NCBI RefSeq assembly: GCF_964194155.1
Contig: NC_135885.1
Coordinates: 128,464,001 to 128,528,000 of the forward strand
DNA from: Cetorhinus maximus
Taxonomy: Eukaryota
DNA: 64,000 bases
Reading direction: 5' to 3'
Below are positions 48,793 to 61,680 of this stretch, in pieces. The position numbers and the translations under genes are program-made. Numbering within the stretch: position 1 is the stretch's first letter; every line of letters begins with the position of its first letter. The notes below the pieces were generated by a model, which worked only from the letters and a program-made list of their open reading frames with translations, ran no database searches and was not told the DNA's origin.

Positions 48793-50017
48793 TCACTTCA
48801 TGTCGTCATCATCCTCCACAGATTTAGCAGCTATGAAGGCCTCCCGAGCACGCCTGCCTTGTCTGGCCAGTGCGATGGCCTCATTGCCATTATTGTCGCC
48901 TTTGAGGATCTGCTCACTCACATCCACATCGATGTCCTCCTCATTGGAGGAGATGTGCAGCTCCTCCATCTCCTTCTCAGCCAGTTCCTCTCCCCATTAC
49001 AGCGCCAGGTTGTAAAGGGCGCAGCAGGCAATGACAATGCATGACACCCTCTGTGGGCTATATTGCAGGGCTCCACCAGACCGGTCCAGGCACCAGAACC
49101 TCATTTTCAGCATCCTGATGGTCTGCTCCACCAAGGTGCAAGTTGTAGCATGAGCCTCGTTATACCGTCGCTCTGCTGCAGTCTGAGGCCGCCGCACGGA
49201 TGCCATCAGCCATGGCCTATGCAGGTAGCCCTTATCCCCGAGGAGCCATCCCTGCAGCCTCTGTGGACTTTGGAAGATGTCAGGGATCTGAGACTGACTG
49301 AGAATGTCGGAGTCGTCGACACTTCCTGGGAACCATGCGCAGACCTGCAGGATACGTTTGTGTTGGTCACATACCAGCTGTATATTCAATGAGCAGAAGC
49401 CCTTGCGGATGACGTAGTTGACTGTTTATTGCTACGGAGATCTACGCGCCATGTGAAAGCAGTTGATGGCACCCTGCACCTGTGGGAAACCTGAGATGTG
49501 GACAAATCCCTGAGCTTTTGCATCCTAGCTCCCCTGGTCCCCGGCGAAATGTACAAAGTTGTGTGGCTTCATGAAGATTGTATCTGTGAGCTCATGGATG
49601 CATTAGTGGTGGAGGCTTGTGATATCCCACAGAGGCCACTGCCATAGAAATTGAGCCCTGCGATCACTTTCATGGCCATGGGCAATGGATGACCTCCATG
49701 TCCCTGGCACCAAATCCTGCAGCAGCTGGCAGATGTGACCGATCAGTTCCCTAGCCATACGCAGTCTTTGGCAATAGTGGTTCTCAGTCATCTGTAGGAA
49801 TGAAAAGCAGCATCTAAAGACCCCTGGGCCTAGATAGGCACCAAGCAGCCATGGCTCACTGTGGGTCTTCAGTGGCATGTGCGGGAACCTCGGCTGCCCC
49901 TTCTTCCTGAGGGTGCTGCTCCTCCCTCTGTGCAGCCAGGCGTCTCCATTGCTCTCTTCTCCTTTTTCTCCATTCTCTGTAAGCCACGAGGCATACAGCT
50001 AGGTCACCAGTCTCCAT
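48793..50017 (-). pseudogene. Harbinger transposase, disrupted
   Basis: 130-aa open stretch NIQLVCD...WLLGDKGY...LVEQTIRMLKMRFWCLDRSGGALQYSP; upstream frameshifts. Confidence 0.92.
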
Positions 50018-50812
50018 GCTCCTGATGTACTCCTCCTGCAGGATGAGAGAGGTGCGTGGTTTAGCTTGGGTGCATTAAGAAACTCTCTTGGTAAAGCCTG
50101 AAAACCCCTTAACGTATGCCGGAGAGTGCTGGCCATTGCTTGGATGCCCAGAGATTGGTGTTTGCATGGCTGCCCCAAACCCAACCCACCTCCACCCCAC
50201 TCCACCTGACTGATTGGCGGCAGCTTTGCCCACTGGACTGCATGCTGTGCTCTCAGCTCAGGCGCAGGCATTCTCCTAACCCACACTGCAAGGCTGCACT
50301 GTTAGCTTGAACCATGGGGGAGACTGGTCCAAAGCTGAATGCTGACATTGTGAGCGCCTCCAGCAGTGACTGCTCCAGGGCCAGCTTTAGCAAGGAGAGT
50401 GTACAACGTGCCCAGTTGTCCAACTGCTCTGCAGTCCACTAAAACACTCATTAGTTTGCAGTCTGTGCCCAAGAGGTGAAAAGTTCAGGAGCATTTGGTG
50501 GCACTTTCATGCCTCTGCATTGCATGAGTGGGCAGATAAGCTAGGGGTCTGGCTCCATGCATGTTAATGTGGCTGCACCTGAACTGTCTCAGCTGCAGAG
50601 GAATGGTCATTTTATATAAGGTTTCCCTAATGCATGGCCGCATCCCTCCCCCCAACCCCACACGTGCTTGTGCACTACCATCAGCCGCAGTGCAGCTCTT
50701 GCCCCCCACAAGTCACCTGGATTGCAGTGCAGTCCTTGCCCCCACTGCCAAGTTACTTCCACCTTGAGGTCCAACAGGTGACCCTGGCGAATGTTGCGCA
50801 ACCTTACTGTGC

Positions 50813-50867
50813 ACTTACCTCCAAGTTCCCATCAAAGTGCAGCCTGCCAAGTGCACACCTTATATAT
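50813..50867 (-). promoter_or_regulatory. TATA box, short non-coding first exon and splice donor of the transposase transcript
   Basis: Minus strand ATATATAAG, then GAG|GTAAGT about 40 nt later. Copy 2 has ATTTAAAAG and GAG|GTGAGT at the equivalent place (28023-28075). Confidence 0.55.
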
Positions 50868-53664
50868 GCTGCTGTGAAACACGTTAGTGTGCTGCTCGGA
50901 TGATCCAGTGTGGGGGACGATTATGGTGAGCTGGGCTTATAATGATATATAATGGGGTTCCCAATGTCCGACAGCAGGAAGTGCAGCCCGCCATTGGCGT
51001 GCAGAGCAGACCATTGCAACTGGTTTCACGATGTTGTGAAACCGATTTTTGGCTTTGTCGCCATATTGTCCACTCACACCACCAAACAAGCCCAACGCCG
51101 GAGGGCATGGAAAATTCCGCCCTAGGTGTTTAATCGCAGTTAAGATAATTGTGCCCATCCTTTGCGACTAGATTCTTTATAATGAATATCTGACATGAAA
51201 TCAGAATTGAACCTAATCTTCACCGACTGCAGAAACAAACAAGCTTAATGCATACTTAAAATTAAAAATGTTTTGCCTGACATTAATTCAAAATTAGTCA
51301 TTGAATTTAGAGTTATCACCCAGACCAAAACTGAATTAGGGTGGGTTTTTCGATAGGAACAGAATGTAGGTTGTTTGCTCCATTAAAATATGACTTGTGG
51401 GCTGTAAAGCTGACTTTGCATCAAAAATTGTGTTGTGCAGATGATCGAGGGGGCGCCTGAAGATATCAGGCTGAACCCTGCTAAAAATTGGGCCTTGAGT
51501 CTCATTGAGATAAATGCCGCAAGCTGCAGGCACCAATTCACCATTGCAATGCGGCTTGTTGATCAGAGTTCCAGGAAATTTAGCCAGCTCTGACGTGGAG
51601 ATAGCGCACAGGCAAGTCATGGGGTAGGGGCATGTCGAGTGTTGCTGCAGGGCCTGGAGGAGCCTCCCCCTCTTCCTGACTCCACATTAATATAGATAAA
51701 GTAAACTTTCCTTATTGTTCCAGTAGTGACCTCCTGTGGTAGCTTTAAGGACCTCTGGTTAGGCTGCTTGAAGACTTTTGAAAACTGAGTGTTCCATGGA
51801 AGCATTAAGGGCCAACATTTGTTAAGCCCCTGATTAGCATATTCAAGGGGACTAACACCTGTTTTAGGCTGGTGTTCAGGAAACTGGGAAGTCACTGCAG
51901 CTGGCATACTTTCAGAGCAGTAGGAGGAATTCAAATGTAATCTCTTGTGCCCAAGAGCTGGTCTTCCTCAACTTGGATTTCACCCAAAGAACAGGCACCC
52001 AGGGAACCAATTTCTCTCCATCTTCATTTGTGTATATAATTGCTAAACTGATATTTTCTTGTCTGTGTACACCATGTTCATTAAATGTAGGAATCAAAAA
52101 ATGGATTTTTTGCTATCGGTATTCATTGATCAACTTTGCCAAACAATCAGTCTCAAGGCTGGACCGTATAGCTTAAACCTCGGCAGATGGCTACCCTCAT
52201 TGAAATCATGACAGAATTTCTCTTCCCCCACTTGCACCTAAGCACTTGGTTGATTCTTGATTTCTGCATCCCAGATTTCCCCTTTTCTACCAGCTCCATG
52301 TTTATGTGCACTTACAGATCTTGTATAGATTTAACAATAAACATTTATATTCGACACATTTAAATTAACAGCTCTTAGAATTTAACCTAAATGGAGGAAT
52401 ATGCAGTGTGAACATTAAGGGATTTTTTGAGCCATTAATATAGACAAAACGGATGGTCATCCTGTCAATCCTTCACATCTGATCTACTCCCAATAACAAA
52501 AGACAGAATGCCTGCTACATGGCATTTTCCATAATGAGAAAATGAGGAATTGTGCTGTGCTTACACACAGACACAAAGAGACTCCAATTGCTGTCAGGCC
52601 TCCAAGATGAAAACGTTCTTGTCAAGATTAGGTACAGCTTTAGCATGTGGCTGTTTACCAAGTCTCACTTCCCTCCCCTTGACTAAGACTTGTATCCTAA
52701 TTTCTTTCAAATAGATAGAAGTGTCAATAAACAGCCATTTTCTTTGAAGTGCTGGTAACTGGCCTGGCTGAGCTTTCATACATGGCAACATCTCACTTCT
52801 GTTTGAATCCTAATACCGAATTCTGGGCACAGCCTGGTAGAACAGACACTGCTGTTCTACTGATTTCTCCAGCAGATGATCTTGGGTTCACGCTCAAAGG
52901 CCACTTGTCACTTGAGATTATCTGCCACTTTTCGATGCTTCTTTTAACGAATAGTAACAGAGTAGCAATTTCCATACATGTCAGAAGTTTAAACTATTTT
53001 GCAATGCACAAATCAGGAAATTAGGAAAACAACGGGTATGTAAAAATATATGACAGTGCATATTTTCAGACAGAAAATGAGTCATATAATCATCCATGTA
53101 TGAAAACCTTTAAGACTGTGAGCTCCCACTAAAAGATCAATGGGTAAACGGCTGCACGGTGTGGTAGAGCCCGTGCACAATATGATGATATCAGCTACAT
53201 CTATGATGTTTTGTGACAAATTAATCGGTCCCAATAGAGATGTGGAAATAGGCCTCTGTTATAGTGGGCTAAAGAATTCAGCCAAGGTTTGCTACTGATG
53301 CCACGTGTAAATATTTGTCGATAAGAACACCAGATTCATATGCATTACCGCGCCCCCCCCATCACTACCCCTCCCCACCCACCCCACCGCACCCCCGCAT
53401 GCAGTAGCTTGCTATTACCACAGACTTAACTTTAGACATGCAAATGACCACTGGGGCAATTGATGCCCATGCAACTTGAGTCAGCACCCTCAGGAAAGGA
53501 AGGGACAAAACCAAAGGGGAGCATATAATTGAAAACACAGCAGACTTCATAATCCAAACTTCCTCATTGAATGACGGGCCAGTAGGTGGCTGGCCGACAG
53601 GAGAAAAGATTAGTCTGCCATCACACCAGAAATTAAACATGCGCTCAAAATATCATACCTATAG

Positions 53665-54250
53665 AGGAAGACTTGCATTTGTTTAGAAAGACGTCAAGAT
53701 GTCCCGAAGTGTTTTACAGCCCATGAATACTTTTGAAGTATTTTCTATTTTTATTTTTGAGGTGTACAGTTGGCTTAACATCTCGAGCGAAAGATTTCTG
53801 AAGTGCAACAATCCCTCAGTAAGATGATAGAGCCTGTCAGCTATGCAGCTTCTTTCAAACCTCAGAATGGCTCATGAAACCTCAGATGTTACCATGTCTG
53901 AATTATAGTCACTTCAACATGGAAAAAACAGCAGCCAATTTGCTCATAGCAAGATCCCACAAACATCAGTGTGATAATGACCTGTTGGGGGAATAAATAT
54001 TAGCCAGGCACAGGGGAACGCTCCTCTGCTCTGCTTTGAGATAGCAACATTAGGGATCCACCTAAGAGGGAAACCGGAATTTCTGTTTAAAATTTCAACT
54101 AAAAGGTAGCACCTTCAACAGAACAGCACTCCCTCAGTACAGCACCAAAGAGTGCGCTTGGTTTATGTGCTCAAGTTCCTGTGGTGGGACTATGAACCCA
54201 CAATCTCCTGATTCTGCGGTCAGAGTGCTATCACTGAGCATTGGCTGACA
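53665..54250 (-). mobile_element. Deu-domain SINE, interrupted at about 53750-53900
   Basis: Tail, core and tRNA head (GTGGGACTATGAACCCACAA) collinear with other copies. Confidence 0.8.
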
Positions 54251-54559
54251 ATTTTATGCAAATAAAAATAGATTCGCATGCCAACAGAAGGCATACGCTC
54301 AATTCTCAACCTCTGTTGAGTGTCTATAGTGCAGTCCAGTGTCTGAAGCTGCCGCCAGTTGGTCAAGTGGAGTGGGGTGGAGGTTGGTGGTGTTTTGGAC
54401 AGCCATGAAACATACTACACACTGGCTATCCAAGTGGTGGCCAGCACACTCCTGCATGTGTGAAGGGGCCTTCAGACTTAACCAAGAGAGGTTCTTAGGA
54501 CACAAATACTAACCAACATGTCTCTCTCTTTGATCCTGCAAGAGGGGAACATCAGGATC

Positions 54560-55788
54560 ATGGAGCCTGGTGATTTTGCAATAGGCCACATGGCTTACAG
54601 GGAGCAGAGAAGAAGAAGATGAAGATTGCGGCGGAGGTGCCTGGTTCAGCCATGGGAGGAGCACCTCCCTCAAGATGAAGGGGCAGCAGGGGCTGCTGCA
54701 CATGCAGCTGAAGATCCACAGAGACCCGTAGCTAAAAGGCGCTTCGCTAGACCCAGGGTCTATAGACAGCGTTTGTCATTCCCGTAGATGACTGAGAACC
54801 AGTGTCACCAAAGACTGCGCATGTCTAGCGAACTAGTCAGTCCCATATGCCACCTGTTGCAGGATTCGGTGCCATGGGGACATGGAGGGCATCCACTGCC
54901 AGTGACCATGAAAGTGATCATGGTTCTCACTTTTTACGCCAGTGGCTCCTCTCAGGGCTCCACAGGTGACCTGTACAGGATCTCTCAAGCCTCCATGCAT
55001 AGGTGTACCAGGAGGTCATGGATGCCATCTTCACAAAGGCACAGAACTTTGTGCATTTGGCCCTGGGTCAGGAAAGCCAAGAAGCAAGAGCACCGGGATT
55101 TGCGCAAATCTCAGGTTTCCCACAGGTGCAGGGTGTAGTCGACTTCACTCACATTGCGCTCAGATCTCCATGGCAACATGCAGTCAACTATGTCAACCGC
55201 AAGGGCTTCCACTCACTGAATGTTCAGCATCCTACAGGTCTGCACACGATTCCCAGGGACCAGCCACGATTCCTACATCCTTAGTAGGCCACATATCCCT
55301 GCCATCTTCCAGGGTCCCGAGAGGCTGCAGGGTTGGCTCCTCATGGACAATGGCTACCCACAGAGGACGTGGCTGATGACGCCCATGCGGCTGCCTCAGA
55401 CTGCAGCAGAGTGACGGTATAATGAGGCTCATGCCGTAACCTGGACTTTGGTGGAGCAAACGATAGGCGTCTTGAAAATGAGGTTCCAGTGCCTCGCCAG
55501 GTCCGTGGAGCACTGCAATACAGTCCACCGAGGGTGTCGCGCATCATTATCACTTGCTGCGCGCTACTCAACCTGGCGCTGCAGTGGTGAAAGTACTTGG
55601 CTGAGGAGGAGATGGAAGAGCTGCACCTGTCCTCTGATGAGGAGGGCGTTGAAGGGGATGACGGTGATGAGGCCCTCGAAGGTGGTGATAATGGCGATGA
55701 GGCCATTGTAGTGACCAGAAGGGGCAGGTATGCTCGGTAGGCCCTCATAGCTGCAAGATTCATGGGGGATGATGATGAGATGCAGTGA
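54560..55788 (+). pseudogene. Harbinger transposase, disrupted
   Basis: GFPQVQGVVDFTHIAL, NRKGFHSLNVQ, PGTSHDSYIL, WLLMDNGY, VEQTIGVLKMRF; frameshifts and stops. Confidence 0.92.
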
Positions 55789-56498
55789 GGACAGTCCTGA
55801 CACCCTTACCTTGCATCTGTGAATTTTTGACTCCTGTGTGGCTGATGGCAGTGCACATAGCCCCAGTGTTCAGACTCAGAGACAGCGGAGGCCCTAATAG
55901 TCATTAGATTCCAGGAAGATGATGACGACATACATTGAGGACACTGCATAGATCTTCACATAGCCTCTGAGAATGTCTGACTCCTGTCTGACTGAGGGCA
56001 GCTTGTTTGCGCTCTGTGACCAGGGTCATGGAGACGCAGCCGTGAAACTTTAAATGTACCTAATCCTTTGTCAGCCTTCAGCACCTGTCCCCATCAGGAG
56101 AACACCATCACCGGACACAGATGCTGAAGAGACGGGGGTTCCAGCCCCACTTCGAAGTTACTGTGAGCACACAGAGAGAATGAGAGAACTCTGTGATATC
56201 TGCTCACGACATTCTGGCAGCAATGACAAGCACCATCGAGGTGCAGCCATCACCAATGTGTCCAGTGAGTGTGAAGCCAGACAATCCCCTTAGTCTGAAG
56301 GTTACACACTGCACAGGGAAGAGGCCCTGGAACGAGACACCTGCCTTTACCTTGTGCAGGAACCAAGATTTCACATCTGAGTGACACGAACGCTGCTCAT
56401 CAGAACAAAGAACCATAGGCAAGGAGACATTCTTGGGAGTTTATTGACAATAGTGAACGTTATGTGCAAGTGATTAACGCCTGTGCCCAGACTGTGAT

Positions 56499-58143
56499 AG
56501 TATATCTTCTTAGACTTCCTAACCCTGCCACTGCATCTTGCTGCTCCCCCAACTTCCATAGTGGAGGTGGAGGCAGCCTGCTGACTGTGACACCCTGCCT
56601 TTGATGACTTTGGCATACTTCCTCTGGAGGGGCAAGACCTGGAGGGCCCCGGCCTGCTTTGTGCGTCCTGCTGTGGGCCAACTGCACCCTCTTTGGCCTG
56701 TGGATCTGGAGTTGCAGGGGTCACAGGGAGAGGGGATTTGGATCAGCTGGACACTCCTGGAGTCACCTGGGTGGATGGCCCTGGGCTGTCGAGCTGCTGG
56801 TCCTCCTCCCTATGGGTGCCCGATGGCTCCTGGCCGACTCCTTGAGGAGAAGGGGAAGCTGGAGTGAGATTGAGCTGCCCTCATTCCTCTTGCATTGATA
56901 CCGTTGGAGGCCAACTATGGCATTAGCGATGGAATTCAGCAAGCGCAGCAGTGCAGGACTTATGTCTCCATGGTCTGCCGGCGCTATCACCTCAGACTCC
57001 TCCATTATCCCTTGCATCAGACATCCCTTCCTGATGTTCTCATTGTTGTCTTTGCAGCTCCACCAGCTGATTGAGGACCGAGTCCAGAGGCTCATCATCT
57101 GACTCGGACTTGGCAGATTCCTTGCCTCCAGCAGTCCTCCGAGTGCTGGTGACCAAGGATGTCCCTGCCCCTAACTTCTGTGGAATAGATTGTGTGCTTT
57201 GTTCACCAGATTGTGATCCCAAGGCTACTCTACTTCTAGGCCCTGCCTGTATGGTGCTGAGCTGGTGAAGGGTGTGGGTGAGCACCGTGTTGAGTCCTCA
57301 ATGGTGCTGCCCTCAGGGTCCACATCCGAGGTGCCCTCAGCGCTGGAGTCAGGGTCAAGGCTGCCTGAGGGTGACGTGTCAGATATGTCGAGGACAGAAA
57401 GTGTAGATTATTAGAGCTTGGCAGCCACATCAAACACAGATCAGTGGACTCAGAGTAGCGTAGAGAGCGGGATCATGTGGTGCATGATCCTCATGTGGGT
57501 GTTCGCTGCTGACCTCACTGTCACCGCAGCAATGTTTGATGTCCTCTGCGGCCAGCTCCAATGTGCGACTCTCAAATGGAGTGAGGACCTTGATGCCTGG
57601 CACTCCACCCCATTCTGGGACCTCTTCCACTGATTGTGCACGACTTTGTCCTGCATAAAGACAGATGGAGTGAGTGTGAGCAAGACACATGCCAGGCAAA
57701 ATGTGAAGGATGACAGGCATGTGTGTGTGCTGAGTGGAGACATGGACAGGATGAGGAGGCGATCTCCAGAGGAGATAAGGCCAGACGAAGATGTGATAGT
57801 GTGCATCAGAGTGTGTGTGGTGATTCCCTTATGCTAGCAGTGAGTGAGATGCCAGTGAATGTGTGATGGGCTTGTGAGTGGGTGAGTTGGGATTGATGAG
57901 ATGGTTGACTTACGCTGGCGGCATGGACGAGATCATTCATCCATTTTCTGCACTGAATGGCCGACCTCTTGTGTGCAGCATTGGCACTGACCACCTCTGC
58001 CACCGCCTCCCAGCCCAGAGTGGTGAGACTGATGGGCCTCTTGCTGCCAGAGTGGGGTAAGAGGACATCGCGGTGGCCCTCCACGGTTCCAGAGACGTGT
58101 CACTGAATTGGGGTGCTTCACTCTTCTTGGCTTTCAGGGCCAT
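56499..58143 (-). pseudogene. Harbinger Myb/SANT gene, three exons
   Basis: MALKAKKSEAPQFSDTSLE...GWEAVAEVVS...RSAIQCRKWMNDLV, GTAAGT donor at 57908-57913, and exon 3 NQLVELQRQQ. Confidence 0.82.
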
Positions 58144-58420
58144 GTCTTCACCAGAGCAGTCCCAGGCTGCAAGTATTTAATAGTTTGCTAGCAGTTGCTT
58201 TTTAAGTATGGCACCTGGCATGAGGAAGTGGTGAGATAACGGTGTGGTAGGCCAATCGGAAGCCGGCTGCCAGTGATCCAGTGTGTTTCTCGTGACTGCA
58301 TAAGTTATGAGGCGAGAAGGGGATGGTACGGCACATAAACCCGCCATTGCGGCTGGTGGGTAAAACGTTTTCTTTCACGCCCGCAACCACACTTAGTGCA
58401 AGTTTGGGACGATTCTGTCC

Positions 58421-60350
58421 TAATACTGGATCACATAACACATTTCCCCTCTCGTAATGTCATGTTGATATCCCTTAAAGGCGTATTATAATATCGTCCC
58501 TTCTTTTTAAAGATACTTTCTCCCCTTCCAAAGTAGTATAATTGCTTACAATGCATGTTCATGTTTTGTTACCATTACATAAGTGCATTGAGCTGATTCA
58601 TCTAAGAGCCTCTCAACCATAAAGGTAATCTGCTGGTATGCCCAGATGGCAACCTTGTCTGCAGGTTTCTTTAATTGCTCACAGTGGTCTGTGGGATTAT
58701 CATTCCTGGATGTTGTCCCGGGTTGCATTTGGGATCTTTTCCTGGATGTAATAGGACTATACAGTGCCTGAGAAGCTGGAATGGATCTGATTTGTCCTTT
58801 GGACGTAATGACTTTATAGGACTTTGGTTCTGAGCAGATCCTTGTCACCTCGACTGGTTACCACATGCCTTCTGCGGGATCTGGGCTGCAAACTTATTGT
58901 CCTAACTGTGAACTTGGAAATTCTGTACCTGCATTTTTATCATGCTTGTTAGTCATCTTCTCCCGTAGTTTTAAAAATTGCTCTCTCATTGCCGAGAGAG
59001 TAGAATGTGTAAAAGTAGGTAAATTGGTGCACACTGGTCTGTCAAACATAAGCTCTACTGGTGATGGAATAGTTGAACTTAAGGGTAAAAGCAAAAAAAA
59101 TCTCTGAAGAAAAGCCATACGGACTAAAAACATTAACACTGTTTCTCTCCCCACAGACGCTACCAGACCTGCTAAGTTTTTCCAGCATTTTCTGTTATTA
59201 TTTGAACTTAAATGTGTTGTTCTCAGATGTAACAGTGAACTTGTTAGATCTTTATTGGTCTGTCTACATTTGAGAATTAGGGATTTCACCGTGCAAATCA
59301 TTTGTTCAGTTAGGCTGTTAGATCTAGGGTAATAAGGAGAAGTAATAGTTTGATCAATATTCCACTTCTCACATTTATCCTGAAATGGCTTACGAATAAA
59401 TTGCAGACCGTTATCCATAATGATATCTCTCGGCACACCAAATAAACTTAAAATAGCGCTTAGAGTGTACATGACAGTTGTGCTTGACATATAGTGTACT
59501 TGTTGAATAATGGTGTACCTGGTAAAGTAGCCGATGATGATGACGAAGGCAGTGCCATGAACATGAAAGAGATCAGATGCGATTTTGGACTAAGGATGGG
59601 TAGAAAATTCATTTGGAATCAATGGTGCTTTGTGCTGACTTAGCAAATGCTCTTGACATGCCTCATATTGATTGAAGACAACCTCAGTGTCATTGTTCAT
59701 ACCCCAGCCAATAGACTGTCTCTCTTGTGAGTCTACTCATCTGATTTATGCTCATGTGTGAGTGATGAAGTTTTTGAAGAATATCAGGTTGCGAAGATTC
59801 CAGTATGATGACCTGTCTGCCTTTAAAAATGATTCCCCAGGAGATGTTAAGTTGTGAACTGAGGTGATAGGAGTAGTTTCTGACGTTGGTCTGCCTTGTG
59901 ATTTCTGATTGATTCCATGGGTTGTTACTAGTGTGAGGTCATGACATACCAGTAGACCAGCAATGGCTAGGCCTTTAGTTTCCACAATATAGAACATCTG
60001 TGACACCCAGGATTGATTGTGCTTGCACTCCAGGAATATTGATCCTGCACATGGAATTAGTGAACCGTTTTACACTGGAAGTTTCACGGTGGTATGTTTC
60101 ACTGTTACCTTCCATGGTTGCGGATACGTCTCTTTTAGAATTCACAGAGGTAGAATTTTGGCACTTTCTCCTGAGTCAATCTTGGCCAATAACAAATAAA
60201 TACCAACGTTCTTAGGACAGATAATTTGAATTTTTGAAAAAAACTTCAGACAGCGTGATGGCATCTATATTTTATATGAGATTGACCATGTGAACTTGTA
60301 TTCTCTGCTCATCATCTCGTCGTGCACATCATTGTCATTTTCTGTTTTGT
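58421..60350 (-). mobile_element. Gypsy remnant (protease joined to integrase, RT missing) with 3' LTR stub
   Basis: Protease AKIDSGESAKILP near 60150-60190; integrase FGVPRDIIMDNG...PYYPRSNSLTE; PPT-like AAAAAGAAGGGACGA near 58495-58509. Confidence 0.8.
59083..59201 (+). mobile_element. 119-bp Penelope-like 3' end with 10-bp TSD
   Basis: TTGAACTTAA at 59073-59082 and 59202-59211; degenerate hammerhead CTGAAGA...AAAACATTAAC. Confidence 0.85.
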
Positions 60351-60354
60351 CAGC

Positions 60355-60870
60355 TACCTTTAATCTGTACCCTCTGGTTCTCCACCAATCCTTCCATCAA
60401 TGGGAACAGTTTCTCCCTGTCTATCCTATCCAGACACCCCCGACTTGAATGGCTCCCTGTACCATGGTGCTATGGTCAGTTTGTTCATCCTCCCCACAGT
60501 CCCCGCTCTCCTCCGCACAGGGAACAAGAATCTCAAATCTGTTGGATAAGGGCAAGGGCTGAGGCTCCTGCAGTGCTATCTCCTGAATCCCTCTACCTCA
60601 TAGTCACACCCTCCTACCCCTGATCACTGGCCGAATTTAAGCTAGTTAACCTAAGGGGTGTGACTGTCTCCTGAAACACAGCGTCCAGGTAACTCTCCCC
60701 CTCCCTAATGTGTCGCAGTGTCCAAAGCTCAGATTCCAGCTCATCAACTCTGAGCTGGAGTTCCTCGAGCAACCAACATTTGCTATAGATGTGGTCACTA
60801 GGAACCACAATGGGGTCCACCAGCTCCCACATCATGCAGCTACAACACATCACCTGGCCCTGCATCTCTA
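60355..60870 (-). mobile_element. CR1 ORF1 region joined to an ORF2 C-terminal piece
   Basis: MQGQVMCCSCMMWE...SKCWLLEELQLRVDELESEL (CR1 ORF1p zinc finger/leucine zipper); 60355-60435 encodes LDRIDREKLFPL. Confidence 0.85.
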
Positions 60871-61209
60871 TTTTATTTAATTCATTTTTCAATTTATTTT
60901 TAAATTTCCTACTGGTCTTTAGCTTATCAATCTGTAACATATTTCTCCTATTTACCTTTAATCTGAAAGCAAGTTGGAACAGAAGTTCAAAATACACTTT
61001 TTAAAATCAACTGGAACTTGCTCTCTGCTGAGTTGAAGCTGAAGCGTTAGGCCTCCTCCTTATCAATTCTAAATCATACAGGTAATTAACTACCTCCTCG
61101 TTCACCATGACCTGTGCAGCATCTTCTGTAGTGGTAAAGGCAGATGGGAGTATTCATTTAGTACCTCAGCCATGGTCCCTACCTCCATGTGTAAATCCCT
61201 TTTTTTGGC

Positions 61210-61680
61210 CCCCAGTTGGCCCCACCCATCATTTTAGGGCCCTTCTGTTTGCCTGTAGAAGATTTTTGGATTCCTTTTGTTTTAGCTGCCAGTCTCTTCT
61301 TGTGCTCTCTCTTTGCTTCTCTTATTTGTTTTTGCAATTCCCTCTAAAACATCTATACTCAACCAGTTTTTGGTTGTATTATCCACCTGACATCTTTCAT
61401 AAACATACTTAATTGTCTTCATCTTAATCGCTATCTCTTTTTTCAGCTGGGGAGCTCTGGATTTGTTTGCCCTTTTCCTTTTATGGCAATATATCTTGAC
61501 TGTGCCTGAACTATCCCTTCTCTAAAGGCAGCCCATTATTCAGTTTCAGTTTTGCCTGCCAACTTTTGATTTACCTGGGTCAGATCCAATTCTTAGCCCA
61601 TTGAAGTTGGCTTTCCCCAGTTAATTATTCTTGTTCCTTGTCCTTTCCCACAGCTAGTCTAAACATTTTGACTTTTGAGG
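61210..61680 (-). mobile_element. CR1 ORF2 linker fragment
   Basis: Minus strand RIINWGKANFNGLR and downstream remnants of the endonuclease-RT linker. Confidence 0.7.

Larger units (their letters stand above)
46357..51122 (-). mobile_element. PIF/Harbinger transposon, family A copy 3 (Myb exon 1 and that end lost)
   Basis: Intact TIR GGGCGGAATTTTCC (minus strand) ending at 51122; collinear with copy 2. Confidence 0.92.
54330..58420 (+). mobile_element. PIF/Harbinger transposon, family A copy 4 (left end lost)
   Basis: Right TIR GGGACGATTCTGTCC ends at 58420, followed by TAA; both genes present. Confidence 0.9.

Noticed and set aside
48997-49389. Domesticated HARBI1 or NAIF1/MSANTD genes
   Set aside because: Multi-copy, TIR-bounded and frameshifted; these are transposon pseudogenes.
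58894-59490. 198-aa ORF as a novel chimeric protein
   Set aside because: A decayed Gypsy integrase piece read through an in-frame insert; the flanking pol has stops and lacks RT.
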